64,000 nucleotides of DNA, taken from Panacibacter microcysteis. Lineage in GTDB: Bacteria; Bacteroidota; Bacteroidia; Chitinophagales; Chitinophagaceae. Below are positions 18,407 to 27,832 of the stretch, piece after piece. Made by a program: the position numbers and the translations under genes. Positions within the stretch are counted from its first letter, which is position 1. The number at the start of each line of letters is the position of its first letter. The notes under the pieces were generated by a model. The model was not told the DNA's origin. It did not search any database and saw only the letters and a program-made list of their open reading frames with translations. The stretch covers positions 340,422-404,421 of the forward strand of contig NZ_JADWYR010000003.1 of NCBI RefSeq assembly GCF_015831355.1. Reading direction: 5' to 3'.

Positions 18407-21082
18407 ATGAGAAGACTTCTACTCCTGTCATTAGTATGTGGAGGATTTACAGCATCCGTACATGCTCAGAATGATAAGGACTTATGGAAACAGGCTACTG
18501 AGTCATCGCTTAGCCAGCAAGCAAAAACTGCATTCAACAAGCACTTTAAACCAGCAGATTTTCGCTTTTTCAGGTTGCAGGAGGCGGAACTAAAAAGCAA
18601 TCTGCTAAACACATTGTCTGAGAAAGCGATCCCGGTTTCAAAATCGTCAAAGACCATCTCCGTTCCAAATGCAGAAGGCAGGTTTGAACAATTCCGCATC
18701 ACTGAATCTTCTGTAATGGCTCCGAAACTAGCTGCAAAATATCCGGGTATCAAAACTTACATTGGCCAGGGTATTGATGACAAAACCGCATCAATATATT
18801 TTGATGTTACACCTTCAGGCTTTCACGCAATGGTGGTATCTGCTACAAAACCTACTTACTATATAAACCCTGCCGATAAAGCAAACAGTGTTTATGTGGT
18901 AAATGCAAGAAACGAGGCAGACAGGTCTGCAGGTTTTAAATGCGAGATGGATAAAGCGGTAGCAGCTTCGTTAGGTAATACAGCAAGGTCATCAGCTTTA
19001 ACCGGCAATGCAGATGATGGCAAACTTCGTACATATGACCTTGCACTTTGTGTAAACGGTGAATTTTCCCAATTCTTCCTGGATGGTACAGAAACGAGCG
19101 ACGCACAAAGAATTGCAAAGGTGATGGATGTACTTACTACATGCATCGTAAGAGCCAATGCAGTATATGAAAGAGATTTTGGTGCAAGGCTGCAATATGT
19201 TGCAGATGAAGATACACTCGTGTTTCTCGATCCTGCAACCGATCCATGGCCAACAAAACCACCATTGTTTGGTTCTTCCTGGAACTCGAAAACGCAACAA
19301 ACAATTGACGAACGCATTGGAAGTGGTAATTACGATGTAGGTCACCTGCTTGGTAAAGTACCAACCTTTGGTGATAACAACGGTAATGCAGGCTGTATTG
19401 GCTGTGTTTGTACCAACTCGTCCAAAGGCAGCGGTTTTACTGCCTATTACGATCCTTCACTTATCGAATACATGGTCATAGACTACTGGACACATGAAAT
19501 GGGTCACCAGTTTGGCGCCAACCATACATTTACTTACAGCAATGAAGGCTCCGGCGCAAACATCGAACCAGGCAGCGGCTCTACCATCATGGGCTATGCA
19601 GGTATTACCGGCAGCACCGATGTACAGGCGCATTCAGATGACCTCTTTAGCGTGGTAAGCATTGCACAGGTTTCTAACTATACAAAAACAGGTAATGGTA
19701 GTACATGCCCGGTTACAGTAAATACAGGCAATACTGCACCAACTGCCAATGCAGGTGCAAACTATACCATACCAAAATCAACACCTTTTGCTTTAACGGG
19801 CGCTGGTGCTGACGTAAACGGCGGCGATGCACTCACTTATATTTGGGAGCAGGTTGATGTTTTTGAAGGTGGCACTTCTAATAAATTCCCTTCTGCCACT
19901 TCAACAACAGGCCCCGTATTCCGCGTATATAACGACAGCATTTTGCCGGTAAGAGTTTTCCCGGCATTGCCAACAATACTCGCCGGGCAAACCACTTCTA
20001 CCTGGGAAGCTTTACCTTCTGTAGCGCGTGATCTTAACTTCCGCTTTACAGTAAGAGACAACCATGTAGGCGGTGGTAACAACATGAGCGATGAAATGAC
20101 CGTAACTGTGGCTGCAACTGCTGGTCCGTTTGTGGTTACACAGCCAAACACAAATGTTAGCTGGAATGGTGGTACGCAACAAACCATTACCTGGGACGTG
20201 GCAGGTACCAATGCTGCCCCAATCAATTGTGCGAATGTAAAGATCAGCCTCTCTACAGACGGCGGTCTTAATTTCAATACCGTACTGGCTGCAAATACTG
20301 CTAATGATGGAAGTGAGGTGGTAACATTACCCAATGTAACCAGCAGCACCTGCCGTATAAAAGTAGAGGCTGTTGGCAATATCTTCTTCGATATTTCCAA
20401 TGCAAATTTTGCTATTGGCGGTACAGGTCCTTCATGCCTTGGCCAGTACGATACAAACAACAACAACAAAGCGGCCAATGGTGCAGTAATTCCATTCAAC
20501 ACAGATGTGTATGGCAATATAAGCGTGGCAGGTGATAAAGACTTTTATCGTTTTACTGTAACAAATGGCGGTACTGTTTCCATCACACTTACTAACCTGC
20601 CGATCAACTGTGATCTTGCGCTCATCAACAGTGCCAATACAATTGTTGGGCAATCTAAAAATGCAGGCACAGCAAATGAAACAATCAATACAACATTAAC
20701 ACCGGGCAACTATGCTGTACGCGTAACTGCTAAAAACAGTGCATTTGACGCGGCTAATTGTTATGTATTGAAAGTAACAACAGGTACTGCATCACGTAGT
20801 GTAAATGCGGCAGTCAATGAAGCAATAACCCTGAATAATGGTGGTGCGGTAAAAGTCTATCCAAACCCGGTTACTTCCTTCCTGTACATCAATCTACCGG
20901 CCTCTTCTGTTAAGCACGAAGTAAGGGTGTATGATGTAAACGGTGTGGCTGTTGCAGCACTAAGTGCAAACACACATACTGCTAAAATTGACCTGTCTAA
21001 AGTAAGCGCAGGCGTTTATTTTGTAAAGGTTACAGACAATACCGGCAAAGTAGTGTATACTTCAAGGATTGTAAAAGAATAA
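18407..21082 (+). CDS. Secreted zinc metalloprotease (HExxHxxGxxH zincin) with pre-peptidase/Ig-like domains and T9SS C-terminal sorting domain
   Basis: Signal peptide, HEMGHQFGANH zinc-binding motif, C-terminal VKVYPNPV...KIDLSKVSAGVYFVKV...RIVKE T9SS CTD. Confidence 0.75.
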   Translation: MRRLLLLSLVCGGFTASVHAQNDKDLWKQATESSLSQQAKTAFNKHFKPADFRFFRLQEAELKSNLLNTLSEKAIPVSKSSKTISVPNAEGRFEQFRITESSVMAPKLAAKYPGIKTYIGQGIDDKTASIYFDVTPSGFHAMVVSATKPTYYINPADKANSVYVVNARNEADRSAGFKCEMDKAVAASLGNTARSSALTGNADDGKLRTYDLALCVNGEFSQFFLDGTETSDAQRIAKVMDVLTTCIVRANAVYERDFGARLQYVADEDTLVFLDPATDPWPTKPPLFGSSWNSKTQQTIDERIGSGNYDVGHLLGKVPTFGDNNGNAGCIGCVCTNSSKGSGFTAYYDPSLIEYMVIDYWTHEMGHQFGANHTFTYSNEGSGANIEPGSGSTIMGYAGITGSTDVQAHSDDLFSVVSIAQVSNYTKTGNGSTCPVTVNTGNTAPTANAGANYTIPKSTPFALTGAGADVNGGDALTYIWEQVDVFEGGTSNKFPSATSTTGPVFRVYNDSILPVRVFPALPTILAGQTTSTWEALPSVARDLNFRFTVRDNHVGGGNNMSDEMTVTVAATAGPFVVTQPNTNVSWNGGTQQTITWDVAGTNAAPINCANVKISLSTDGGLNFNTVLAANTANDGSEVVTLPNVTSSTCRIKVEAVGNIFFDISNANFAIGGTGPSCLGQYDTNNNNKAANGAVIPFNTDVYGNISVAGDKDFYRFTVTNGGTVSITLTNLPINCDLALINSANTIVGQSKNAGTANETINTTLTPGNYAVRVTAKNSAFDAANCYVLKVTTGTASRSVNAAVNEAITLNNGGAVKVYPNPVTSFLYINLPASSVKHEVRVYDVNGVAVAALSANTHTAKIDLSKVSAGVYFVKVTDNTGKVVYTSRIVKE

Positions 21083-21102
21083 ACACACACATGAGAACCA
21101 TA

Positions 21103-21142
21103 AAAAAAGGCTGTCCGGTTTCGGATGGCCTTTTTCTTTTTT
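21103..21142 (+). terminator. Rho-independent terminator after metalloprotease gene
   Basis: GGCTGTCCGG-TT-TCGGATGGCC followed by TTTTTCTTTTTT. Confidence 0.6.
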
Positions 21143-21183
21143 GCGTTGGCTGTGCCCTGAAACTGAAGCCCAATAGGTGTTTT

Positions 21184-21214
21184 GCAGATGAACGGATTGC
21201 GACGCAACGATGCC
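21184..21214 (-). repeat. Interspersed repeat R08 (partial, C-type)
   Basis: GCAGATGAACGGATTGCGACGCAACGATGCC, matching the GGCATC..GTTGCGTCGCAATCC.TTCATCTGC variant seen at 27759. Confidence 0.6.
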
Positions 21215-21251
21215 CAACCAGGGTGATTAGCTGGTATCCATATTTTTTTTT

Positions 21252-21332
21252 GAACCAGGCACCATTGCTACTGTAAAGCGTTCCTTGCGTCGCACTCTTG
21301 TGCTGCATATCAATATTCAGCAAGGCACGATC
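21252..21332 (+). repeat. Interspersed repeat R09 (A-type), full length
   Basis: GAACCAGGCACCATTGCTACTGTAAAGC...TTGCGTCGCACTCTTGTGC (21285-21303)...TATCAATATTCAGCAAGG; preceded by a T10 tract. Confidence 0.85.
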
Positions 21333-21379
21333 AGCGTGTGTTTTTGGGTACTTAATTTCATGCGCACATATACCGGCAA

Positions 21380-21418
21380 AATAAAAAGCGTTGGCCAAAG
21401 GTGGGCAACGCTTTTCAA
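21380..21418 (-). terminator. Rho-independent terminator for 21440..22267 (minus)
   Basis: AAAAGCGTTGGCC...GGGCAACGCTTTT with T-tract on minus strand. Confidence 0.6.
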
Positions 21419-21439
21419 ATAACAGTAAAGTTGTACAAA

Positions 21440-22267
21440 CTAAAAATCTGAATAAGTAGTCGGGCGTAAAAAGATAATATCGATGTGCTGTACATTTTTT
21501 TGGTACTCGGGTTTTGCGGAAAGTTGCTTCCATTCCGCGTCTTCACCAAAAGATTTCCAATGTGCATCTCTGTCGGCCATATTTTCGAAAGTGGTCATGT
21601 ACATCAGGTTGGGCATTTTAGAACCGGCAACAACTTCGCCATAAAAAACGGCATTGAAGTTAAGTCGTTTAAAAAGCGGCACCTCACCACCTTCGTTGAA
21701 CATGTGTACTTTGTTGGCAAATATTTTTTCTGTGGCACTCTCGTAACTGCGTAATTCATATACTCTTTCATTTGCTGCAGCTTTCAGTTGTGGTAATTGC
21801 ATTTTTGGCGCCATAGAAAATGCATAAATGATGATTGTCTCGAGTCTTGTATACGGCGGGTTGTCATACACAGCGTTGATGTAGCTGGTGCCGGCAGCCT
21901 GGTAAGATTTGTCGTTTTTTACATCAGCATCAACGCCGGCCATGTCTTTTAAAGATTTAAATGGCATAAACATGTAAAGTTGTTTATCCGCGGCTGTGTC
22001 ATTGGCAAGCGGTTTAAAAACACCTACGTCTGCAACCTTTTGCCTGTGTAGGGCGGGCAGCAATGCGTTTTCGAGATACTGATCGAGTTGTTTTTCCTGG
22101 TCTGCAGTTTTATAATGGTAGATTACTATCTTATAATATTCGCGGTCAGGATTTTTTTGGGCCGATGCACTATTGCAAACCACGAAAGACATACAAAGCA
22201 GTACAGTGGCAAAGCAGCATATTTTTTTCATAAAGAGACAATTGAAGTAAGGTGCTAAAATTAACAA
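21440..22267 (-). CDS. Secreted hypothetical protein
   Basis: 275 aa, signal peptide MKKICCFATVLLCMSFVVCNSASA. Confidence 0.5.
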   Translation of the reverse strand: MLILAPYFNCLFMKKICCFATVLLCMSFVVCNSASAQKNPDREYYKIVIYHYKTADQEKQLDQYLENALLPALHRQKVADVGVFKPLANDTAADKQLYMFMPFKSLKDMAGVDADVKNDKSYQAAGTSYINAVYDNPPYTRLETIIIYAFSMAPKMQLPQLKAAANERVYELRSYESATEKIFANKVHMFNEGGEVPLFKRLNFNAVFYGEVVAGSKMPNLMYMTTFENMADRDAHWKSFGEDAEWKQLSAKPEYQKNVQHIDIIFLRPTTYSDF

Positions 22268-22500
22268 ACATTGATGGTAATAACCGGGCAGGTAGAAATT
22301 TGTTCATCATTGGCTACTTTAATACTTTTAGCCGCAGAAATAACAACCACCGCTTCTTTGATGCAACCAGTTATGGCAGTAAGCAGCCGCAGGGCACAAA
22401 AAAGTTTCGGCATTTGTAATTTTTATTCGTAATTGACTAAGACATTTATTACTTTAATATCAATTCTTTTATAATACCACCTAAAATAAACCAATTCTAT

Positions 22501-25071
22501 ATGCAAATAAGATCGTTTGCCTTGTGCGCGGTACTCGGCAGTACATGCTTTATGTTACAGGCGCAGGTAAAAAAGCCCGCATCTGCAAAACCAAAAATAA
22601 TTATTGATTCTGCTGCTGCAAAGAGAGATTCCATTTGGTCTTCTACGATCAAAGACAAAAAGAAAATCGGGGGCTTATTTACATTGTACCAGGATACCGT
22701 AACCGGCACATTGCAGCTGTATATTAAAAAAGACCAGGTTGGCAAAGAATTTATTTATCAGAGCTTTTCATTAGGCGGGCCCGGCAGTTTGTTCCTCAAT
22801 CAAAACATGCTGAGAGAAACATGGGTATTTAAAATAAGGAAGACTTACAACCGGCTTGATTTTATGCGGTGTAATACCAACTTTTATTACGATCCCGGGA
22901 ATGCAGTAAGTAAAGCCGCCAACGTTGATGTAAGCGATGCGGTGTTTTATGCAGACAAAGTAGTGGCAGAAGATTCACTCGGTTATCTTGTAAATGCAGA
23001 TGGCTTGTTTATCGGCGAGAAGCTTGATCCGGTAAAGCCAAACTTTCCACCCAATATACCACCCGGGGTTTTATTTAATGTAGGAAGCCTTGTACCGGAT
23101 AAATCCGGCTATGAGAAGATCCGCTCGTTTCCTGAAAATACAGATGTGATTGTTTCCCTGGCTTACGATAATCCCGCACCCATGAATTATGGTGATAAAT
23201 CGATTACAGATGCACGGTATGTGCGGGTAAAAATGCAGCATAGTTTTATTGAAATGCCGCAGAACGATTATAAGCCACGTTTTGATGACCCGCGGATAGG
23301 TTTCTTTACGCAGGAGCAGGATGACATGACCTCTACAAAAGCCACGCCTTACCATGATCTCATTAACCGCTGGAACCTCGTAAAGAAAGATCCCAATGCG
23401 GCGATAAGTGAACCCGTAAAACCAATAGTGTGGTGGGTGGAGAATACTACGCCCGTTGAATTACGGCAGGTTATTTTAGACGCAGGTAACAAATGGAATC
23501 TCGCATTTGAAAAGGCAGGTTTCAAAAACGCCGTGGTAATGAAGCTGATGCCCGATACAGCAACATGGGACCCGGCAGATATACGCTATAACGTAATCCG
23601 TTGGGTTTCTTCAGACCTGGGCTATGCTATTGGTCCGAGCTTTGTTAACCCGAGAACAGGTGAAATTTTGGGTTCTGATATTACTATCGATTACGGTTTT
23701 ATGGGAGGTATAGACAGGGAGCAGGATTTATTTAAACCAACTGGTTTCCCTGCATTGAGCAGGAAGGAAATGCTGCCGGCAAATGTGCGCAATCATTTTA
23801 TGGGTTGTGACATGCTCAAGGGTTTGCAAATGCAATATGGGGCAGGCGTAGCCATGGTGGAATGTTTTGATACTGCTCCGGAAGAGCTGGTAACCTTGAA
23901 AGAGCAATTCTTTACCGAACTGGTATTGCATGAAATGGGCCATACTATGGGGCTCAACCACAATATGAAATCAAGCCAGATGCTGAGCCCTGCCGAACTG
24001 AACGATAAAAGTATTACGAGGAAATATGGTGTAACGGGCTCTGTAATGGATTATTCAACCGTAAATGCCGCACTTGACCGCAGCAAGCAGGGAGATTATT
24101 ATACAACCGTTCCCGGGCCGTATGATGACTGGGCTATTGAATATGGTTACCGGCAATTTACCCCTGCAGAAGAGAATGCAGGTTTGCAAAAAATATTAAG
24201 CCGCAGCACCGAGCCTAAATTAATTTTTGGAAACGATGCAGATATTGCTTTTCCCGGCGGAGGTATTGACCCGCGTGTAACAACCTGGGATATGAGTAAT
24301 GATATGGTTACCTACAGCGCTAACCGTTTTCAGCTTGTAAACGAATTAATGGGCAAAGTAAAAGATAAGTACGCCGTACCCGGCGCTTCGTACGCAAGCA
24401 TGAGGCGTAGCTACAACATGTTATTCGGTCAGCGGTATTCTATGGCACTCCCGCTGGCAATGTATGTAGGTGGCGTTTACGTAGACAGAAGCTTTGTAGG
24501 CCAGGATGCTTCCGCGGTGCCATTTACGCCTGTACCTGCCGATTACCAGAAAAAGGCAATGGAGGTTTTGAATACCTATGTATTTGCGCCCGCTGCATTT
24601 GATGCAGATACTTACCTGATTCCTTACCTGCAAATGCAGCGCCGTGGGTATAATTTCTTTGGTAATCCCGAAGACCCGAAACCGGATAAAAATGTTTTCT
24701 TCTTACAAACGGCAGTACTGGAAGAAATACTGGATGCTTCAACACTGGCAAGGGCAAACCGTACAACACTTTACGGCAATACATACGCGCCTGCAAACAT
24801 ATTGAATGACCTTACTGCTAACATCTTTGATGCTGACCTGAAAGGCGATGTAAATCTTTACCGGCAAAACCTGCAAACCGCATACGTTACCATGCTGGCA
24901 AAGATTATTAATAAAGGAGATGATTATGATGATGCTTCGAAAGCCGCTGCTCTTGGTGCAATAAAAAATGTAAAGGATAAACTGGCGAAAGCCGCTGCAG
25001 GTAATGAGCAAACAAAGGCACATCGTGCAAACCTGCAATTTCTGATAGACAAGGCTTTGGTTATTAAGTAG
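22501..25071 (+). CDS. Zinc-dependent metalloprotease (DUF5117/DUF5118-type, HEMGHxxGLxHN)
   Basis: Signal peptide, VLHEMGHTMGLNHN zinc motif, family common in Bacteroidota. Confidence 0.7.
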   Translation: MQIRSFALCAVLGSTCFMLQAQVKKPASAKPKIIIDSAAAKRDSIWSSTIKDKKKIGGLFTLYQDTVTGTLQLYIKKDQVGKEFIYQSFSLGGPGSLFLNQNMLRETWVFKIRKTYNRLDFMRCNTNFYYDPGNAVSKAANVDVSDAVFYADKVVAEDSLGYLVNADGLFIGEKLDPVKPNFPPNIPPGVLFNVGSLVPDKSGYEKIRSFPENTDVIVSLAYDNPAPMNYGDKSITDARYVRVKMQHSFIEMPQNDYKPRFDDPRIGFFTQEQDDMTSTKATPYHDLINRWNLVKKDPNAAISEPVKPIVWWVENTTPVELRQVILDAGNKWNLAFEKAGFKNAVVMKLMPDTATWDPADIRYNVIRWVSSDLGYAIGPSFVNPRTGEILGSDITIDYGFMGGIDREQDLFKPTGFPALSRKEMLPANVRNHFMGCDMLKGLQMQYGAGVAMVECFDTAPEELVTLKEQFFTELVLHEMGHTMGLNHNMKSSQMLSPAELNDKSITRKYGVTGSVMDYSTVNAALDRSKQGDYYTTVPGPYDDWAIEYGYRQFTPAEENAGLQKILSRSTEPKLIFGNDADIAFPGGGIDPRVTTWDMSNDMVTYSANRFQLVNELMGKVKDKYAVPGASYASMRRSYNMLFGQRYSMALPLAMYVGGVYVDRSFVGQDASAVPFTPVPADYQKKAMEVLNTYVFAPAAFDADTYLIPYLQMQRRGYNFFGNPEDPKPDKNVFFLQTAVLEEILDASTLARANRTTLYGNTYAPANILNDLTANIFDADLKGDVNLYRQNLQTAYVTMLAKIINKGDDYDDASKAAALGAIKNVKDKLAKAAAGNEQTKAHRANLQFLIDKALVIK

Positions 25072-25093
25072 TATTCATTACATATGATAATAG

Positions 25094-25125
25094 AAAGCCC
25101 GGCTTTATTAGCCGGGCTTTTATAA
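25094..25125 (+). terminator. Rho-independent terminator
   Basis: AAAGCCCGGCTTTATTAGCCGGGCTTTTATAATT. Confidence 0.6.
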
Positions 25126-25158
25126 TTGTTACTGTAACGCTTAACTGTTTGCTTTAGT

Positions 25159-25258
25159 GCGCCGGCCGCTGCTGACTATTGAACCGAAAGTACAAGTGTG
25201 CGACGCAACAGGCGATGCCATAAAATACAGTTGCCGGGTACCAAAAAATCAAACCAGT
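25159..25258 (-). repeat. Interspersed repeat R10 (A-type variant, reverse), full length
   Basis: GTACAAGTGTGCGACGCAA at 25190-25208, CAGGCGATGCCATAAAATAC arm; abuts stop of CBS gene (minus). Confidence 0.85.
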
Positions 25259-25259
25259 T

Positions 25260-26636
25260 CTATTTGGCCAGGCTTTGTATAACGTCGTAGCGCGTTACAA
25301 TGTGATAATCTCCTTTGTCATCTTTGGCAAGCACGGCACCATTCTCTTTGGTTATAAGACTGCCCAGGCGCTCTACGGGTGTATCAAAAGCCACAACAGG
25401 GTAGGGCGGTTCTATAACGCTTTGTATTGACGCCGTTTTTATTTCGGGGTTATTAAAAACCTTTTTGAATAACCCATTTTCACTAACTGCGCCAACCGGC
25501 CCATTACCATTCATTACCGGCACCTGATCAATATCGTACTTTTTCATTAACTCCACTGCTTCTGCAACTGTGTGTGTTGGCTGCACAGTTACCAGTTTCT
25601 TCCCGGCCCTGCTGTTAACGATGTCTTTAAATGTTTTTACGTCAAGAAAACCTCGTTCCATCATCCATTGATCGTTGTAGATCTTTGCCACATAGCGGCT
25701 TCCATGATCGTGGAAAATGCAAACTACCACATCATCTTTTTTCAGGCGCTCTTTTAATTGCATTAAGCCCTGCAGGCAACTGCCGGCACTGTAGCCAATA
25801 AAAATACCCTCTTCTTTGGCAATGCGCCTTGCCATTACAGCGCCGTCTTTGTCTGTTACCTGCTCAAAATGATCTATTACAGACATGTCGTAATTCTGCG
25901 GTACAAAGTCCTCTCCAAAACCTTCACTGATGTACGGGTGCACCTGGCTCATGTCCACCTCGCCGGTCTGGTAATATTTGGTGAGCAAAGAGCCGTACAC
26001 ATCAATTGCCCAAACCTGTATGCCAGGATTTTTTTCTTTGAGGTACATTGCGGTGCCTGTAACTGTGCCACCGGTTCCGGCAGTACATAGCAGGTGTGTT
26101 ATTTTACCTTCTGTCTGTTGCCATATTTCAGGGCCTGTAGTTTCGTAATGTGCCACGCGGTTGGCCAGGTTGTCGTACTGGTTGCAGAGGTAAGCGTTGG
26201 GAATTTCTTTTTCAAGCCTTCTTGCTACAGAGTAATAGCTGCGCGGGTCATCGGGCTCTACGTTGGTAGGGCACACGATTACTTCTGCGCCTACAGCCTT
26301 CAGAATATCCATTTTTTCTTTACTCTGTTTATCTGTGGTGGTAAAAATGCATTTATAACCCTTTACACATGCCGCAAGTGCCAGTCCCATGCCTGTATTG
26401 CCGCTGGTGCATTCAATAATGGTTCCGCCTGGTTTAAGCTTGCCTTCCTGCTCAGCCACTTCTACCATTTTTAATGCCATACGATCTTTGATGGAATTGC
26501 CCGGGTTGAAGTAGTCTACCTTGGCAAGTATGGTACCTGGTATATCTTTTACAACTTTGTTTAACTTAATAAGCGGAGTGTTTCCAATGGTTTCTAAAAT
26601 ATTATTGAGCCACATACTAACAAGTGTTTGCCGCAA
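25260..26636 (-). CDS. Cystathionine beta-synthase-like PLP enzyme (CysK/CysM fold plus C-terminal CBS-domain pair)
   Basis: PLP-binding lysine region NPGNSIKDR; C-terminal tandem CBS domains. Confidence 0.75.
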   Translation of the reverse strand: MRQTLVSMWLNNILETIGNTPLIKLNKVVKDIPGTILAKVDYFNPGNSIKDRMALKMVEVAEQEGKLKPGGTIIECTSGNTGMGLALAACVKGYKCIFTTTDKQSKEKMDILKAVGAEVIVCPTNVEPDDPRSYYSVARRLEKEIPNAYLCNQYDNLANRVAHYETTGPEIWQQTEGKITHLLCTAGTGGTVTGTAMYLKEKNPGIQVWAIDVYGSLLTKYYQTGEVDMSQVHPYISEGFGEDFVPQNYDMSVIDHFEQVTDKDGAVMARRIAKEEGIFIGYSAGSCLQGLMQLKERLKKDDVVVCIFHDHGSRYVAKIYNDQWMMERGFLDVKTFKDIVNSRAGKKLVTVQPTHTVAEAVELMKKYDIDQVPVMNGNGPVGAVSENGLFKKVFNNPEIKTASIQSVIEPPYPVVAFDTPVERLGSLITKENGAVLAKDDKGDYHIVTRYDVIQSLAK

Positions 26637-26710
26637 AAGTAAGGGTTTTGTATTGTATGGAAGAACGAAGGAAAAAAGGCATTAATGAACCCGGCATTTG
26701 AATGATGATT

Positions 26711-26775
26711 GAGCTGTTGTTGCGTCGCACTCTTGTACTGCAGCAAAAAGCCCGGCACCCTGTAGCGCAACAACG
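26711..26775 (+). repeat. Interspersed repeat R11 (A-type)
   Basis: TTGCGTCGCACTCTTGTAC at 26720-26738 flanked by GTTGTTGCG / CGCAACAAC inverted repeat; upstream of CBS gene. Confidence 0.8.
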
Positions 26776-27203
26776 TAATGGATTACTATTTTGGGCAGTT
26801 AAAGAAGGTGACCCTTTTTACAGTAATCGCTATACCGGTATAGACTAAACCGCGGTTTTTGTAGTACAAACCGTGACAAGTTGTAGTAATACTTAACATT
26901 CTGCACAAATGTTTATAAAAACAGGCATAAATAATAAATAACATACTTATATTTAAGGAGCAGAACTAATTATCGTAAACGATTGCTCCCCAAGCGTATG
27001 AACAAGCAACTAACAACGGACAATGCTTTTTCATTCAGGATATTGAAAAGGCATTTGAATGAAGATGGATTTTCTACCAGGCAGAAGAGTACAAATCCGC
27101 TTTATTCTTACAGAAATTTATTGTGGTTTTCTTTAGGCTATTGTGCACTTTTAGTGTCAGCGGTACTGGCTATTATTACGTAGTTGTGTAAACGATTGCG
27201 TAA

Positions 27204-27659
27204 TTAGCGGCAGCCTGTTTTTCTTTTTGTATCGATCAGGTACTGTATTTTCCAGTTGCCATTGATCCTTACAAGCTGGTAAGAGTCTGCGCCGCAATGG
27301 CTAAAGTTACCTTTGTAGTAAAATTCGTATGGCGTCCATGCAACAGCGAGGGCGCCATCTGTTTTTATTACATCAAACCTTATCCGTTCATCAGCATCTC
27401 CTTTCTTAATGGCAGCAATGGCATCTGCAAATGCTTTTACTGTTTCATTGGCTATGGTGGTGTTACCATCTTTTACATGTACAGATTGTAATATGGCACT
27501 ATCTGTAAAACAGGCCGTGAGTGCTTTGGCATCTGCGTTACGCATAGCTTCAAAAAAGTTGTTGATCACGGTTTTGATTGAATCTTCTGTTGTTGTCTGA
27601 GATTTTGCTGAAAACGCAAAACTGAAAACACCAACCAGCAGCAGCAGTTTTTTTTGCAT
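27204..27659 (-). CDS. NTF2/SnoaL-like fold secreted protein
   Basis: 151 aa, signal peptide, DUF4440/SnoaL-like composition. Confidence 0.5.
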   Translation of the reverse strand: MQKKLLLLVGVFSFAFSAKSQTTTEDSIKTVINNFFEAMRNADAKALTACFTDSAILQSVHVKDGNTTIANETVKAFADAIAAIKKGDADERIRFDVIKTDGALAVAWTPYEFYYKGNFSHCGADSYQLVRINGNWKIQYLIDTKRKTGCR

Positions 27660-27711
27660 AAAGAATTTTGGAACAAAATAGTATTATTATTTGCGAATGA
27701 TGCACCATTCA

Positions 27712-27748
27712 TAAAAAAGCCATCCCGGAGGATGGCTGTAATTTTTTT
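27712..27748. terminator. Bidirectional terminator hairpin
   Basis: AAAAAAGCCATCCCGGAGGATGGCTGTAATTTTTTT, A-tract and T-tract flanking a perfect stem. Confidence 0.65.
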
Positions 27749-27758
27749 GATGCCATTT

Positions 27759-27823
27759 GTACTGCAGATGAAAGGATTGCGACGCAACAGGTGATGCCAT
27801 GAAAAACTGCTGCCGGTATTACT
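27759..27823 (-). repeat. Interspersed repeat R12 (C-type, reverse)
   Basis: GTACTGCAGATGAAAGGATTGCGACGCAACAGGTGATGCCATGAAAAACTGCTGCCGGTA; 10 bp after stop of 27833..29284 (minus). Confidence 0.75.
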
Positions 27824-27832
27824 ACAAAACAA

